This document shows positions 26,520-39,245 of a stretch of 64,000 nt of DNA, piece after piece. The DNA lies in NCBI RefSeq assembly GCF_036321535.1, contig NC_087438.1, positions 8,124,001 to 8,188,000 on the forward strand. Reading direction: 5' to 3'. Position 1 is the first letter of the stretch. Every line of letters starts with the position of its first letter. This DNA is from Camelus dromedarius. Its lineage: Eukaryota. Below the pieces are notes generated by a model. The model had not been told where the DNA came from and ran no database searches. It worked only from the letters and a program-made list of their open reading frames with translations. A program made the translations under genes and the position numbers.

Positions 26520-26605
<86 letters not shown>
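26520..26605. repeat. Compound microsatellite (TA)~18(GA)~24
   Basis: Directly visible. Confidence 0.97.
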
Positions 26606-26608
<3 letters not shown>

Positions 26609-26818
26609 ATAATCAAATGTGAGTCAATGTCAGGTAATGCAAGAAGGGAGTAAATGAGAGTGGAGTGAAATGGCTAAAACACGTAGAAACACCTCTGGAA
26701 GTCCTACAAGATATGGCTCATGATATTAGTTATATTAATATTATAATTAGTTGCAGTAATATTATAAAATTAACATTAATGGCATAATACACTTACACTT
26801 CAATTGTCTTCAAGCTTA

Positions 26819-27016
<198 letters not shown>

Positions 27017-27328
27017 TCATTTAATAATCAAGAGTAACCTAACCAAAGACATTACTTTTATGAAGTTCTCATTAGACATCACATTGTAGTCCTTGGTCAA
27101 CCACTATTAAACACCAAGGCCAGCCAATTCTATGTATCCATACAGAACAAAAAATTACTAGGGAATTGGAAGAACTTAACTGCCATGAACTCTTGAGCTA
27201 TTACAACAGCTTCACTTAATTGTCATGTCATGATGTTGTCATACACACTTTCATAAGTGTCTTTTTAAAATTCACATGAGATATATGTAGAAGCAAGTAT
27301 AAATGTTCATCAAGAAGCTATACTTTAC

Positions 27329-27363
27329 CTTGTGATTGCCAGTGAAACTGCTCTTCTGTTGAA
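27329..27363 (-). CDS. CTNND2: CTNND2 coding exon (35 nt, human exon 4 equivalent), peptide (S)STEEQFHWQSQ(D)
   Basis: The minus strand reads ...TTTTTTACAG|TTCAACAGAAGAGCAGTTTCACTGGCAATCACAAG|GTAAAG. This matches recalled human SSAEEQFQWQSQD. Phase is 2 in, 1 out, joining the next exon as G+AT = Asp. Not in the ORF track. Confidence 0.95.
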
Positions 27364-28697
27364 CTGTAAAAAAGAGAATACAAAGGTATAACACACTGGT
27401 TAGACACAGAAGAACCTAGACTATGAGACGCAAAGGCACATTCGGGCAGTGATGGTGGCTCCATGGCACTCCCTTCAATTTTCTACTGAGAAAAGGGATC
27501 CCATTTTGATGCCATCTCAACTTCAGTCCCATTTGATATGCACCTCTTTTGATTCACAGATATTAGCGTGTTATCAGTGGACATTGTTTAGTAATTTTCA
27601 GAAGAACAGCTCATGTTTTACAAATCCCAGCCTATTATACTCAGTCCTTAACCATTGTTTCTACTTCCATGCAGTTCTATCCAATTTTAGTTATTTTAAA
27701 ATACAAGTCTGAATAGATTCACGTAGATTTTGTAAGATATTCCAATAAAGAAATAACTTTCTCCATCTTCATCATAAAGAGATAAAATAAATCTATAACT
27801 TATTCAAGACATATAAGCACTTCCTTTCATTTATTATGCTTTAAATTAAGGAATTTTAAAATTGTAACACTTTATCACCAATTGAATATACAGTTCCCAA
27901 ATTCTCACTTTACAGATACATCTCATAAAATGACCCAAGCAGAAAGGGTTACTCATATAAATGATATGCCAAAGATACTGCACAGATTTTATCTTTGCAG
28001 GCACAGAAATTTATTTTGAATAAGTTATTAAAATACATAAATAAATTTAAATTTTCTAAATATAAACAACTTTCATTATATATGCAAATACTTCCAACAC
28101 ACTCTTTTTTACACGCCAATAATTGGTGAGAAATCTAGATGCCAATTACTGACATGGATCATTTTGAGAATGATTTTCTATACTGATTTCACTAAATCTT
28201 TTACTCTGATCAAGCAGCTCCTATGAATAGCTCATCAGTCTCACAAGAGCAAGTAGGTTTTAGAACTTTAATCTGTACCTTAGAGATGGCTTCTGAATAC
28301 ATTTGTAGGGGTAGGGGGAGGGAATTCTGGTATAAATCAGTGTTCAGAATAGCCATGATTGATATATAGGAAGATGAGAGTAGTCCCTTAAGAGCCATAT
28401 GGCTTTTTTTAGGGTATCTTGCGCCTCAGCTAATCCATTTTAGCCAAGTGGAAATGGTTTTACAATGATGAGAGCTACAGACAGTTGATGATACATGAAA
28501 TGGTAACATTACAAATTCAGTCCAATGCAACTTTTCCTAGCACCAGTTAGGTGTAGCATTATATACTAGTAACATCTAACAGTAAAATTTAACACTTAAA
28601 ACAGAAATTTAACCCTATAATTAATATTTTAGAAAGTACAAAGCATGTTCACTTAGTAAGTGGCATTTAACATAGGGATAGAAAATGCTTTCATATT

Positions 28698-29113
28698 TGT
28701 GGTGGTTGAATGGTGCCCTTTTCCCCCCAGAAATATATCCACACCAAATCCCTAGAAATTGTGAATGCTTATTTATTGGAAAAGAGTTTTTACAGATGTA
28801 ATTAAGTTAAAGATCTTCAGATGAGATCATTCTAAATCCAGTGACAAATGTCCTTATAAAAGACAGTAGAGGAGAAGGACTGCCATGTGAAGATGAAGGC
28901 AGAGATTGGAGTTATGCATCTGTAAACCAAGGAATGCCTGAGGCCATCAGAACCTGGAGCCAAGAAAAGATCCTCCCTTTTAGCCTTCCTAGGGAACAGC
29001 CCTGTCGACCAACCTTGATTTTGAACTTTTGGCCTCCCAAACTGTGAGGTAATAGTTTTTTTAAGCCACTCAGTTGTGGTAATCTGTAATTGCAGCCCCA
29101 GGAAACCAATACA
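28698..29113 (+). mobile_element. MLT1C-like ERVL-MaLR solo LTR
   Basis: TG...CA termini ('tgtggtggttgaatggtg' ... 'gcagccccaggaaaccaataca'), internal 'gccatgtgaagatgaaggcagagattggagttatgc', and 5-bp flanks atatt / gtatt. Confidence 0.88.
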
Positions 29114-29367
29114 GTATTTTTCAGATTCAGTGAAAATGCTCTCAATGTTCTATCCTTCAGGATTGACTACTGTCTCTGCTTTACACTCCTTTTACCAGTT
29201 CAGCCCTTTGCGAAGTACTTATGGTACATCAGTAATTCACAACTGTCACAAATCTCTTTGGTAGATGGGAAATAGCTGGCTTATTGATGTTAAATAACTT
29301 GACCAAATGCATCATAAGGAACTCAGCAGAGATTTAAACTAGTCTGTCCAACTCCAAAACTCATGGA

Positions 29368-31082
29368 ACAGAGCTGGAGGAGTCATGCTCCCTGACTTCA
29401 GACTATACTACAAGGCTACAGAAATCAAAACAGTATGTATGGTACTGGTACAAAAAACAGACACACAGATCAAAGGAAGAGAACAGAGAGCCCAGAAATA
29501 AACCCACACACTGTGGTCAATTAACCTAAGAGGCAGGAATACACAGTGAGGAAAAGACAATCTCTTCGATAAATGAATCTCATGGGAAAACTGGACAGCT
29601 CCGTGTAGAAGGATGAAATTAGAACACTCTCCAACACCATATACATAAATAGACTCAAAATAGACAAAAGACCTTAATGTAAGACTGGACACTGTAAAGC
29701 TCCTGGTGGAAAACTCCTACTCCTTCTGCAGGCGGAACACTCTTTGACAGAAATTGCAGTAGTAGTTTTTTTTTTTGGATCTGTCTCCCAAACCAAAGGA
29801 AACAACAGCAAAAATAAACAAATAGGAATTAATTAAACTTAAAAGCTTTTGCACAACAGAGGAAACAGTCAAAAAAATGAAAAGACAATCTACTGAATGG
29901 GAAAAGATATGACTGATAAGGGGTTAGTATCCAACATATACAATCAGCTCATACAACTCAATAATAATAAATTTTAAAAATCTGATTAAAGAATGTGCAG
30001 AAGAACTAAATAGACATTTTTCCAAAGAGAAAATGCAGATGGCCACTGGGCACAAGACAAGATGCTGAACATCACTAATCATCAGGGAAATGCAAATCAA
30101 AACCACAACAAGATACCACATAACACTGTCAGAATGGCTATCATCAAAAAACACACAAATGTTGGCAAGGATGTGGAGAAAAGGAAACCCTTGTACACTG
30201 CTGGTGGGAATGTAAATTAGTGCAGTCACTGTGGACAACAGGATGGGGGTTTCCCAAAAAAGTAAAAATAGAACTACCATGTGACCCAGCAATTTCACTC
30301 CTGGGTATATATACGAAAAAAAAAAACCAAAAACACTAACTCAAAAAGATACATGCACCTTGATGTTCATAGAAGCATTATTTACAACTGCCTAGGTGTG
30401 GAAGCAATGTAAATGGCCATGGACAGATGACTGGATAGAGAAGTTGTGGCATATGTACACAACAGAACATTACTCAGCTTAAAAAAAGAATAAAATTTTG
30501 CCATTTGCAGCAACATGGATGAACTTGGAGAACATTATGCTAAGTGAAATAGGTCAGACAGACAAAGACAAATACTGTACAATGCCACTTGTATGTGGAA
30601 TCTAAACAAATACAACAAACTAGTGAATAAAACAAAAAAGAAGCAGACTCACAGATATAGATAGAGAACAAACTATTGTTACTAGTAGGGAGAGGGGAGG
30701 AGGGAGGGGAAAGATAGGAGTAGGGAGGAAAAAAAGGGTTATTATGGAATTATATGAAGCCACGTGTGTGAAACTTTTGAAAATTGTAAAGCACTACAGA
30801 ATTTAAAGGGTGGGAAGGGATAAATTCGGGACTTCAAGATTTGTAAATATTAACCACTATGTATAAAAATAGATAAAAACTGAATTTCTTCTGTATAGAA
30901 CAGGAAACTATTCAATATCTTGTAATAACCTCCAATTAAAAAGAATATGAAAATGAATACAGGTATGCATATGTATGGACTGGGTCATTATGCTGTACAT
31001 CAGAGATTGACACATTGTAACTGAATACACTTCAATAAAAAAATTAAAAAATTTTAAAATAAATATCCTTCATTCAATAAAA
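29368..31082 (+). mobile_element. ~1.7-kb 5'-truncated L1 (ORF2 3' part + 3'UTR) with TSD
   Basis: ORF2 sequence 'ccctgacttcagactatactacaaggctaca...aaatgcaaatcaaaaccaca...gcagcaacatggatgaacttggag'. TSD aaaactcatgga (29356-29367) / aaaagtcatgga (31083-31094). Reading frames are disrupted. Confidence 0.93.
30809..31055 (+). mobile_element. Second L1 3'UTR piece, apparently nested in the tail of the 29368-31082 L1
   Basis: 'ggtgggaagggataaatt...gagattgacacattgtaactgaatacacttcaataaaaaaa' belongs to the family seen at 14662 and 55222. It has its own AATAAA and A-tail before the host terminus resumes. Confidence 0.65.
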
Positions 31083-31149
31083 AAAAGTCATGGAGGGAGA
31101 CACACGTGTTGCTTCCCACCTGAAGCAGGAAGAGTGAGGAGGTCACTGG

Positions 31150-31495
31150 GAGCTTCTCCCACTGCTCATCAGAGTCCCGCTCTCCTCTCCTTGCAGGCAC
31201 ACTGAGGACCACACGTCCCTGCCCCCTTCCACGTAGATAGGTTACGTGAAAGTCCCTGAGAGGAAGGGACAGATGCCACCACCTGCCCCGAGCACAGAAG
31301 GGCAGGCACAAGATTTCATCCACTCTCCTTGCGAAGCCCTGTGTTGAGGTGGGTCTCCAAGTAGCCACGCGAAGGGGGGATTTCTGCCAACCCAGAGAAG
31401 GCACAGCACTAGTGAGAAATAAACCACTGTTTTGTTAAAACTCTGAAGTTGGAGAGTTGTTTGTTTCGGTAGAATGAATGTTACACTGACTAACT
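31150..31495 (+). mobile_element. MLT1-type MaLR LTR (degenerate)
   Basis: 3' end 'gtgagaaataaaccactgttttgttaaaactctgaagttggagagttgtttgtt...ctgactaact'. Confidence 0.55.
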
Positions 31496-32539
31496 GAGAA
31501 ACATGCCATTATTTGAGTTCATAAGGCATTTCTTGCTTCTCCATCTGTCATTTCCATAGTATGGATCTGGAAGAAAGTGTCTCGGGTCACCCCAGCACAA
31601 ATAAGATGGTGCCCCACTCTTACTCATCCTTTGAGATTTATCCGCTCACCTACAATAATGGGTGATGCTATGCGTAGGACTACACATCACACTATTACAC
31701 AATATTTACTTTCTGTTTATCTCCTTCAAAAGAGTCTCAATTTTATGGTGCAACAGAAACGAGAAGAAACAGTTTTTATTACAATTGGGAAAAATACCAT
31801 TGGCAGTGAATATAAAACTATCTTCTCAAAGCAAAGACACCCTCCTTCGGGCAGACAAAGAGCATTAATCACTAAAATGGTTCCCTGATTCCTTTAGCAC
31901 AGTTAAAATGCATTAAAAGTATGACTGATCACGGAAAATAGAAGTCCCAAGAGAAACTGGCTTTGGATTTTATTTCCTTTAAGTGCGCACTTCACTCTGT
32001 TAGGGGATTCTATGCAATGGCATTTTTTATGTACTTGATTCCTTCTCTTAAAAATTGCTCTAAGGTGGATGCTTTTTAAGAAAGCAAGCTATTTATTCAC
32101 TCAATAAACACAAATTATGCTCATGTCTCAGACACTCTTTTTTCAGGTTTTTAGGAATTACTCATGGTGCACTTTCTCCCAATTATATCATTAAATTTAA
32201 TATAATAAACAAGCAATTTTTGAAGCTGTTATAACTTCCATGCATGTTCAGTTTCAGAATATAAAGTTTGCTTCCATCATCGAAATGTTACTTCTTAAAA
32301 TAGAAATAATTTCTAAAGAATTAAATTTAATAAAAATGTAGATGTAATTTAGATCAGTCTATATATTTAAATGTAACTTTGTATAAGCTCCAGAACCCAA
32401 TTATTGTGAATATATATATATTTATAACAAAGAATATTATTAATAACATTAGTAACAAGCTTTTAAACATATACATAATATGTACATAAATTGTTAATGT
32501 TAGGAAAGTATTATCAAAACCACAAATCCTAGTAGCTAA

Positions 32540-32760
32540 AGCATAGATAGCTCTCACTTTATACCAGGCAATAATTCTAACTGATTTATAGTTAATCTTC
32601 ATGACAAAATTTTTGAGAGAGGTGATATTTTCCCATTTTATAGATAAGAAATTGAGGAAGTTCCTAAGGAGCTTGCTGGAGGTCCCTCTGTCAGCAAGTA
32701 ATGAAGCCAAGATTTTGACCCTGGCCATTTGGTTCCAGAGGTCACATTCTGCACAATGCA
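32540..32760 (-). mobile_element. MIR SINE
   Basis: 'cccattttatagataagaaattgagg...gaagccaagattttgaccctggccatttggttccagag'. Confidence 0.75.
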
Positions 32761-32789
32761 ATTGAACTCCTATGCGATTAAAACAAAAC

Positions 32790-33905
32790 AAAAATATAAA
32801 CATCATAAACAAAGCTGAAAAAACAAGCCACATCCAGGGAGAAAATATTTGCAATGCATATAGCTTATGAAGGGTTAGCTTCCAGAACATATAAATAACT
32901 AATACAGATCAATGAGGTAGAGATTCAAAGATCAAATAGAAGAGAGGTCAACAGATACATGTATAGCTTATGCAGAGCAGAGAAATCAAGAAACTGTGGC
33001 CACTGAACACACTAAAAGATACTCAACCCTATTAGGAACTGAAAAAAATAGAAATTGAAAGAATACCTCTTTCTAACTTCACAGGTTGTAAAACAATTAG
33101 AAAGTCTGACTGTACCAAGTGTTGGAGAGGAGATGAGGAAATGTGAGCTGCCATACACCATACGTGGGAGAGTAAACCAGTGAAACACTTGGGTGAGCTA
33201 TGAGTCAACACCTGATATGGTTTTTTGGGCCAATAATAAATCATGCAGTGATTCCGCCTCTGGGTAGAGCCCCCAGGGAAACCCGTTCACCTGTGCTCAG
33301 GGGACTTGTACAGGACTGTTCATGCCTACATGCTGGCAGTAGCAAAACAAAGAAACAACTTAAGAGGTCACCATTAGAGGAGTGAAAAAATATGATAATA
33401 TGATTCCATATCATATATGACATGTATTTGGAATAAATACTATTTGGCGGCTAAAACAAATTAGCCAGATACACAATGCATCAACATGGGAAGGTCTCAA
33501 AAGCAAAATACAGAGTGAAAAATGCAAATTGCACATAAGATGTGTATTGCACGACCCCAATTAAGTAAAATTTTAAAACATCCATTAGTCAGTATTGTAT
33601 ACAAATACATACATACACACATACATATACATATTATATATATATATACACACACAAGGGTTATTCTTTGGCTTAAACTTATATATACGTATATATATTC
33701 ACATACACAGAGAAAGATATTATGTATGTGGATTAAACTGATACACTGAAATTCACAGTGGTGGTGGCCTCTGGGGGAGAACAATGAGAAATAACTCTGA
33801 GAAGGAGTAAAAAGGGAATTTCAATTTTATCTCAAATGTTTTACATTACGAAAAATGAGGAAAAAATGTTAACATTATTTTAAGAATGTCTTTGATACTT
33901 GAAAT
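32790..33905 (+). mobile_element. Old L1 (L1ME/L1MC-like) ORF2 end + 3'UTR with an internal TA/CA-rich tract
   Basis: 'gaaaatatttgcaatgcata...ccagaacatataaataact...taccaagtgttggagaggagatgaggaa...attccgcctctgggtagagccccagggaaa'. Confidence 0.7.
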
Positions 33906-35244
33906 AGGGAAATCATGATTCTTACATTTAGAAACACGTTTAGTTAAATGTTTTCTTAAATCCTCATAATCCAATTCTATGTCATATTCTCATCATTGCT
34001 GGAATCTCTCATAGTGGAAATTCAAATGATGCAAAACAATTCTGAAACATATGAGTATACAGAATAGAGGGAAATAACGGTTTAGAATATAATTACATTT
34101 TTCTCCATGCTGCACATGAGAAAAATGACAGCGCCACTTTTACTGTGGTTCAGGTTTGACATAGCTGGAACATTCTGAGTGAGCAAACATTAACGTTCAA
34201 GTTCTGAGGGCGTGAGGTGGGAGTGGGGTGGGAAACTAGTTGAAACCAAAGAATAACCTTTGGGTTCCTTGACAAGTGTTTCCACCCTTATCATTTCTAG
34301 CATGATAGTTTCTTTATCAACCTCTGGGCCATTTCTAATTTTAAAAAAATATGAAAGTTCAGAGAGTTTTCTTAATGTCAGGAAAGACACAAAGCAAACC
34401 ATCACTACAGCTACTCTGTCTGTTGTGGACCTGCTCAAATACATTTTCTTATTTTCTTTTTCAACTTTTCAATGCCCCAAGCATCATCCCTGCACTGCAT
34501 CGTGTGGCGTATTACTGCTCACAATATCGTTCAAAAGGAAACAAAGGAAAGGAATGATGAGTTTTTGGTTATTTTGCTTTCAAGTTAAGCAATTGTACCT
34601 AAAACATAAGCCAGAGAAACTATGGTGAAGTAAATTGCTTCAGAAATGACATTTGAGTCCAGCCTACGGGGACAAAGGGCCTTATATGTACGAAGTCCAC
34701 GTGACCTAAGACTGCATTCTGACATAAAGTCTTTTTTAGTATATAGCTTTGCATGCAGCCACACCATAACAGGTACTGGCTGCAGAATAAAAGGACCTTG
34801 GTCAACAGTCTCGAATATCATGGAAATAAAACACAGTTGGAAAAAAATGGTTAGAAGTGGTACTCATGGAGCATCATTTAGGCTGTTGTTGCCCTGGCAC
34901 GTTAGTGCTCGGTATCCAGGCCCTATTAGTGTGGTTGGCAAGCCACCCTGCTTCCCCCAGAACTTTCTGCACAACTGATCTCCTTTCAGTCTGTTGTCTT
35001 GTGGTCTCTGTAAGTATCTGTGGTATATCCCCAAATGCATGTTGCAGTATCTCCCCTGGGCAGTTAGAATGTTTATTTCTTTCTTAGATCACACATCTTC
35101 TATCTGCTTTAACCATTTTCAATGTAATTTTATGGCTATGATAATAATGTTTACGGGACTACAGTGGACAGCTATCTGACCACAAAGCTCCTAAGCTAGG
35201 AGACCATGTGCGTGGTGTCCAGGCACGGGAAGGCCACATTCCCT

Positions 35245-35420
35245 GAGACTGGAGCTCAGTTCTATCAATATAGGACACTTCAGGCAAATTACTTAAACTC
35301 TCTGGACTCAAGTGGAGACAATTTTAGGGTTAAATAAATTAGTTTATATCAAGCGATTTAAGTATCAAGTGATCATTGCCTGGCACATGCGGAGTAAGCA
35401 TGCAGTGTTTCCTATTTTAT
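35245..35420 (+). mobile_element. MIR SINE
   Basis: 'ggcaaattacttaaactctctggactca...agggttaaataaatt...tgcctggcacatg...taagcatgc'. Confidence 0.65.
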
Positions 35421-35774
35421 GATACGTTGCTAAAATGGCTTATATGAGTATGGCCCATCCCTTAGAGTGCACTGCAGTCCACCGTGGGAGGGTCAAAATG
35501 GGGGCAGACATGGAGAAATAGGGACAGGGGACTTAGAAAATAGCCAGGAATAGTGTGACCCTGTCTAGGCTCTCAGTCACAACCAGTCCTGGAGAAAATG
35601 GTAAAACAGCATCACCACAGACTCTTGGTGAGTGGTCCCCATGGCTCTGGGCGTGCAGAACAGAGATGCAAAGCCAGCTTCCCACGACTTGGTACAGTCA
35701 CGGGACCTGGGAAAGGAAACACACAGAACTCGAAAGACCGTTGCATAGAGAGGTGTGCTCAAAGCACCACTGCA

Positions 35775-35935
35775 CACAGGACCATGGGACCTTGAGCACG
35801 ACACTTATTCTAAGCTTCAGTCTTCCCATGTGTAAAATGGGGCTGTTACTAGCAATGTTCTCATAGGGATCTTGTGGAAGTTAAGTGTGTAATGTATGTA
35901 AGACCCACAAAACAGTGCTGGGAATGTAGGAGGCA
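35775..35935 (+). mobile_element. MIR SINE
   Basis: 'ttctaagcttcagtcttcccatgtgtaaaatgggg...tcatagggatcttgtggaagttaagtg'. Confidence 0.7.
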
Positions 35936-35953
35936 TTACAAACAAAGCAAGCT

Positions 35954-36641
35954 AATCAGAATTTTCTCCAGATATATGCCCAGGAGTGGGACTGCTGGAT
36001 CATATGGTAACTCCAGTTTTAGTGTTTTAAGGAGTCTCCATACAGTTTTCCATAGTGGCTGCACCAAACCACATTCCCACCAACAGTGTAGGAGGGTTCC
36101 CTTTTCTCCCCACCCTCTCCAGCATTTATTGTTTTGACAGTATAGGGAAGATGTGGTGTATATATACAATGAGATACTGCTCAGCCATAAAAAAGAATGA
36201 AATAATGCCATTTGCAGCAACATGGATGGACCTAGAGATGACCACACTAAGTGAAGTAAATCAGAAACAGAAAGACAAATATCACATGATCACTTAACGT
36301 AAAATCTAAAAAAGATTGATACAAATGAACTTATTTACAAACTAGAAAGAAACTCACAAAGAAAACAAAATTATGGTTACCAAAGGGGAAAGGAGGCGGG
36401 AGGGATAAATTAGCAGTTTGGAATTAGCAGATACAAACCACTACATATAAAATAGATAAACAATGAGGTCCTACTATGCAGCAAAGGGAACTATATTCAA
36501 TATCTTATAATAATCTGTAATTTAAAAGGATATGAGAAAGAATACATATATGTATAACTGAATCACTATGCTGTACACAGAAATTAACACAACATTGTAA
36601 ATCAAGTATACTTCAATTAAAAAAGGAAAAAAACCCCAATA
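35954..36641 (+). mobile_element. L1 insertion with 5' inversion: minus-strand ORF2 piece 35954-~36135, plus-strand 3' piece ~36142-36641
   Basis: The minus ORF encodes the L1 ORF2 C-terminal motif [33 protein letters not shown]...[12 protein letters not shown]. The plus piece encodes MWCIYTMRYCSAIKKNEIMPFAATWMDLE. TSD aaacaaagcaagct (35940-35953) / aaacaaagtgagct (36642-36655). Confidence 0.93.
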
Positions 36642-38659
36642 AAACAAAGTGAGCTCTCATCATCACATGCAGAAGAGTGGAGACCTGAGAGAAAGTCTAA
36701 CAGGTCAACCATCCAGAATTCCACTCATCCTTGCTGAGGACCAATTAATACTATCACACAAATACGTTACAGGTTTTGCAGAATTTAAATTGTCTTTTTT
36801 TTCTCCCATGCTTAACTGGGGAAGGGAAAAAAGGCAGTCTGTAATTTGCAAAGAGAAATGATTTACTTTTTAAACCATAAGTTTTCCAATCAGTCCTACA
36901 CCGGATGCCTCCCCGGACAACACTACTGTTCTTGCCGTAGCAGAAACCTTAAAGAAGAAAGGAAATAAATCAGACCCAAATTGCTAGTATTGGTTTCTTT
37001 TAGTCTGAGGCAGGGGAAATTCATATTCCTAAGCTAATTTTGTTGGAGTTGGTGACTGACAAATTATCCAGGCAATTGATATCGCAAAGCGATAAGGCTC
37101 TCAGGCCTGGATATACGTGGCTCCATCGTATCTCAGAGGACCACAGCACAGTCAGGTCTGCGAGCTGGCCAGCTAAAGCGAGACAGGAAGGCATAAACAG
37201 CAATTCTCCTTTGTCTTAATTCCTTCAAAATACAAACTCCAGTTTCTAGCAGCCGTAAAGAATTCGCCCTAGGCTCAATCACCCTAAATGTACAATCTAC
37301 CCAAAGCCAAGCTCTTACCGTGGGAAAGACACACAGTCAAGTTTCTGAAATGCTTTTATAGTTTTGGAGTTGGCTGCAGTTATATTACAACAGACATATT
37401 ATGTGTAAAAATTCCACACCAGAAGAAGGAAAAAAATGGTGTATTATAAACCACCAAATCCCCACACTGTATTTCCCACCCAAGCTTTTTCAGGAGACTT
37501 CGCACACATGGGCGAGGTCATTTTTTAAAATGCTTCCACTAGTACACGAGAGTTTTACAGCATTCGAAGCAAAATTTCTGACCGCCAGCCACACTAGGTA
37601 ATAAACTACCATAATACTGTGGATTCCATAAATTGGAATGCATACATTGCTATTGCAGATGACCAGACAGACTGTTAATCAAATGATTCTGAGAGCTTAC
37701 AGTATTCTGAAATGCTTTCCAAACCATCAAAAATTGACTAGTTTGTGTGGTTTATGTGCTAAGTGTTGACCACTGCATTATACACTGCCATATTCATAAG
37801 CTCCCTGGGTGTTCGTCGTAGCTCACAGTAGCTCACGGTTAGATCTCTGATTAACTTGAATGCTTTATCCACTGATACTGAGGGTGAACAGAGAGCTTGC
37901 TGTATTTTGCAGTTTGATGATTAATAACGGATTCCTTAGACAAGAGGTTAGTCGGTGTGTTTGCTGGAGGAGGTGGAGCCCGTATCAAGGTCCTCAGGTG
38001 TCCAAGGTTTGGCCTTTTGCATTCAATACCCTGGAATTATACCCATCGTTAGGGTCCTTTCAGTGAAGGGAGCGCCTTAAACCTGGGGATGTTGCTGGGC
38101 AAAAGAAGGGGTCAGGTTTACGTTTTCCCGCTTTCCTGTGATTGTGTGTGCCTGTGAGTGGGTGAGAACTGTGTTTTCATGTGTGATCGGGTGTGAACTT
38201 GCGTGTGGGGTGTGGGTGCACCTCACCCTTCCGTTCTGCTAAAACACACTGATTTGCTTACATCTTTTCTTTACCTGCTCTTGTTTCAGAAGTGTGGGGT
38301 CCACTACCAGATATTTCAAACCCTGGACATGAAGTTTGACTGGAATTGATAAGGCTTTTATCAATATAAGTGAAGCTAACACCTCTTCGATAGTTTAAGG
38401 GAAATTTATGCAAATCACCATTGCCTGTTTTGCAGTAAAGACAAAACTGGATCTTCTGTTTGGGATTTCGAGTACCAACAGATGATCTGTGAAAACAAAT
38501 CTCCATTTTAGTGCCCTCGTGGGGCAGAAACCACGTAATATTCATGAAAGACTCTCACAGTCTTACGGATCTTTACTTCCTTACGAGCAGTAGTGAGTAG
38601 TCTTTAAACCATTTGGAGGCTCAGTTCAAATGTTTAATGGGTGCACACATGTTCCCAGT

Positions 38660-39245
38660 CTATTAATAATTTTCAAAATCTAGAAACAACCAAATGTCCT
38701 GCAACATGTGAGTGGTTAAACAAGCTGATACATCTATACCGAGGAGACATATGTAGCAATAAAAAGGAACCTATTATTGATACATGCAACAAGCAGCAAC
38801 TTGGAGAGAACTCAAGGTCATGATGTTCAGTGAAAAGGATAAATAACTTTCCTGAAATAACAAAATTATGGAAGTGGAGAACAGATTAGCGGTTGTCAGG
38901 GCTCTGGGATGGGGGATGAAGGTGGGTGTGGCTATAATGGGGTAGCAGGAAGGGGCCTTGTAGCGATGGAACGGTTCTGAATTTTTGTTGTGGTTACAAG
39001 AGCTACTTACGTAATAAAATGGCACTGAACTAAACACACACACATACATACACATGTACACACACACGAGGGCATGTAAAACTGGGGAAATCTGTGGACT
39101 GTACCGATGCCAATTTCCCAGTCTATATGTGCCCAGTGTGGCCACTGGCGGGAACTGGGAAAAGTTACAGGGCACTTCTCTGTGTCTTTTATTTTGCAAC
39201 TTCCTATGAATCTACGATCATTTCAAAATAAAAAGGTAAAAATCA
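38660..39245 (+). mobile_element. Old L1 (L1MC/MD-like) 3' end
   Basis: 'ctagaaacaaccaaatgtcc...gagtggttaaacaagctg...gagaacagattagcggttgtcaggg...ttttgcaacttcctatgaatct...ttcaaaataaaa'. Confidence 0.8.

Noticed and set aside
29408..30298. 94-aa and 124-aa hydrophobic minus-strand ORFs
   Set aside because: These are antisense frames of decayed L1 ORF2, a common artefact.
32354..32890. 178-aa ORF, the longest in the track
   Set aside because: It crosses an old L1, a MIR and low-complexity AT-rich DNA, with no recognisable domain.
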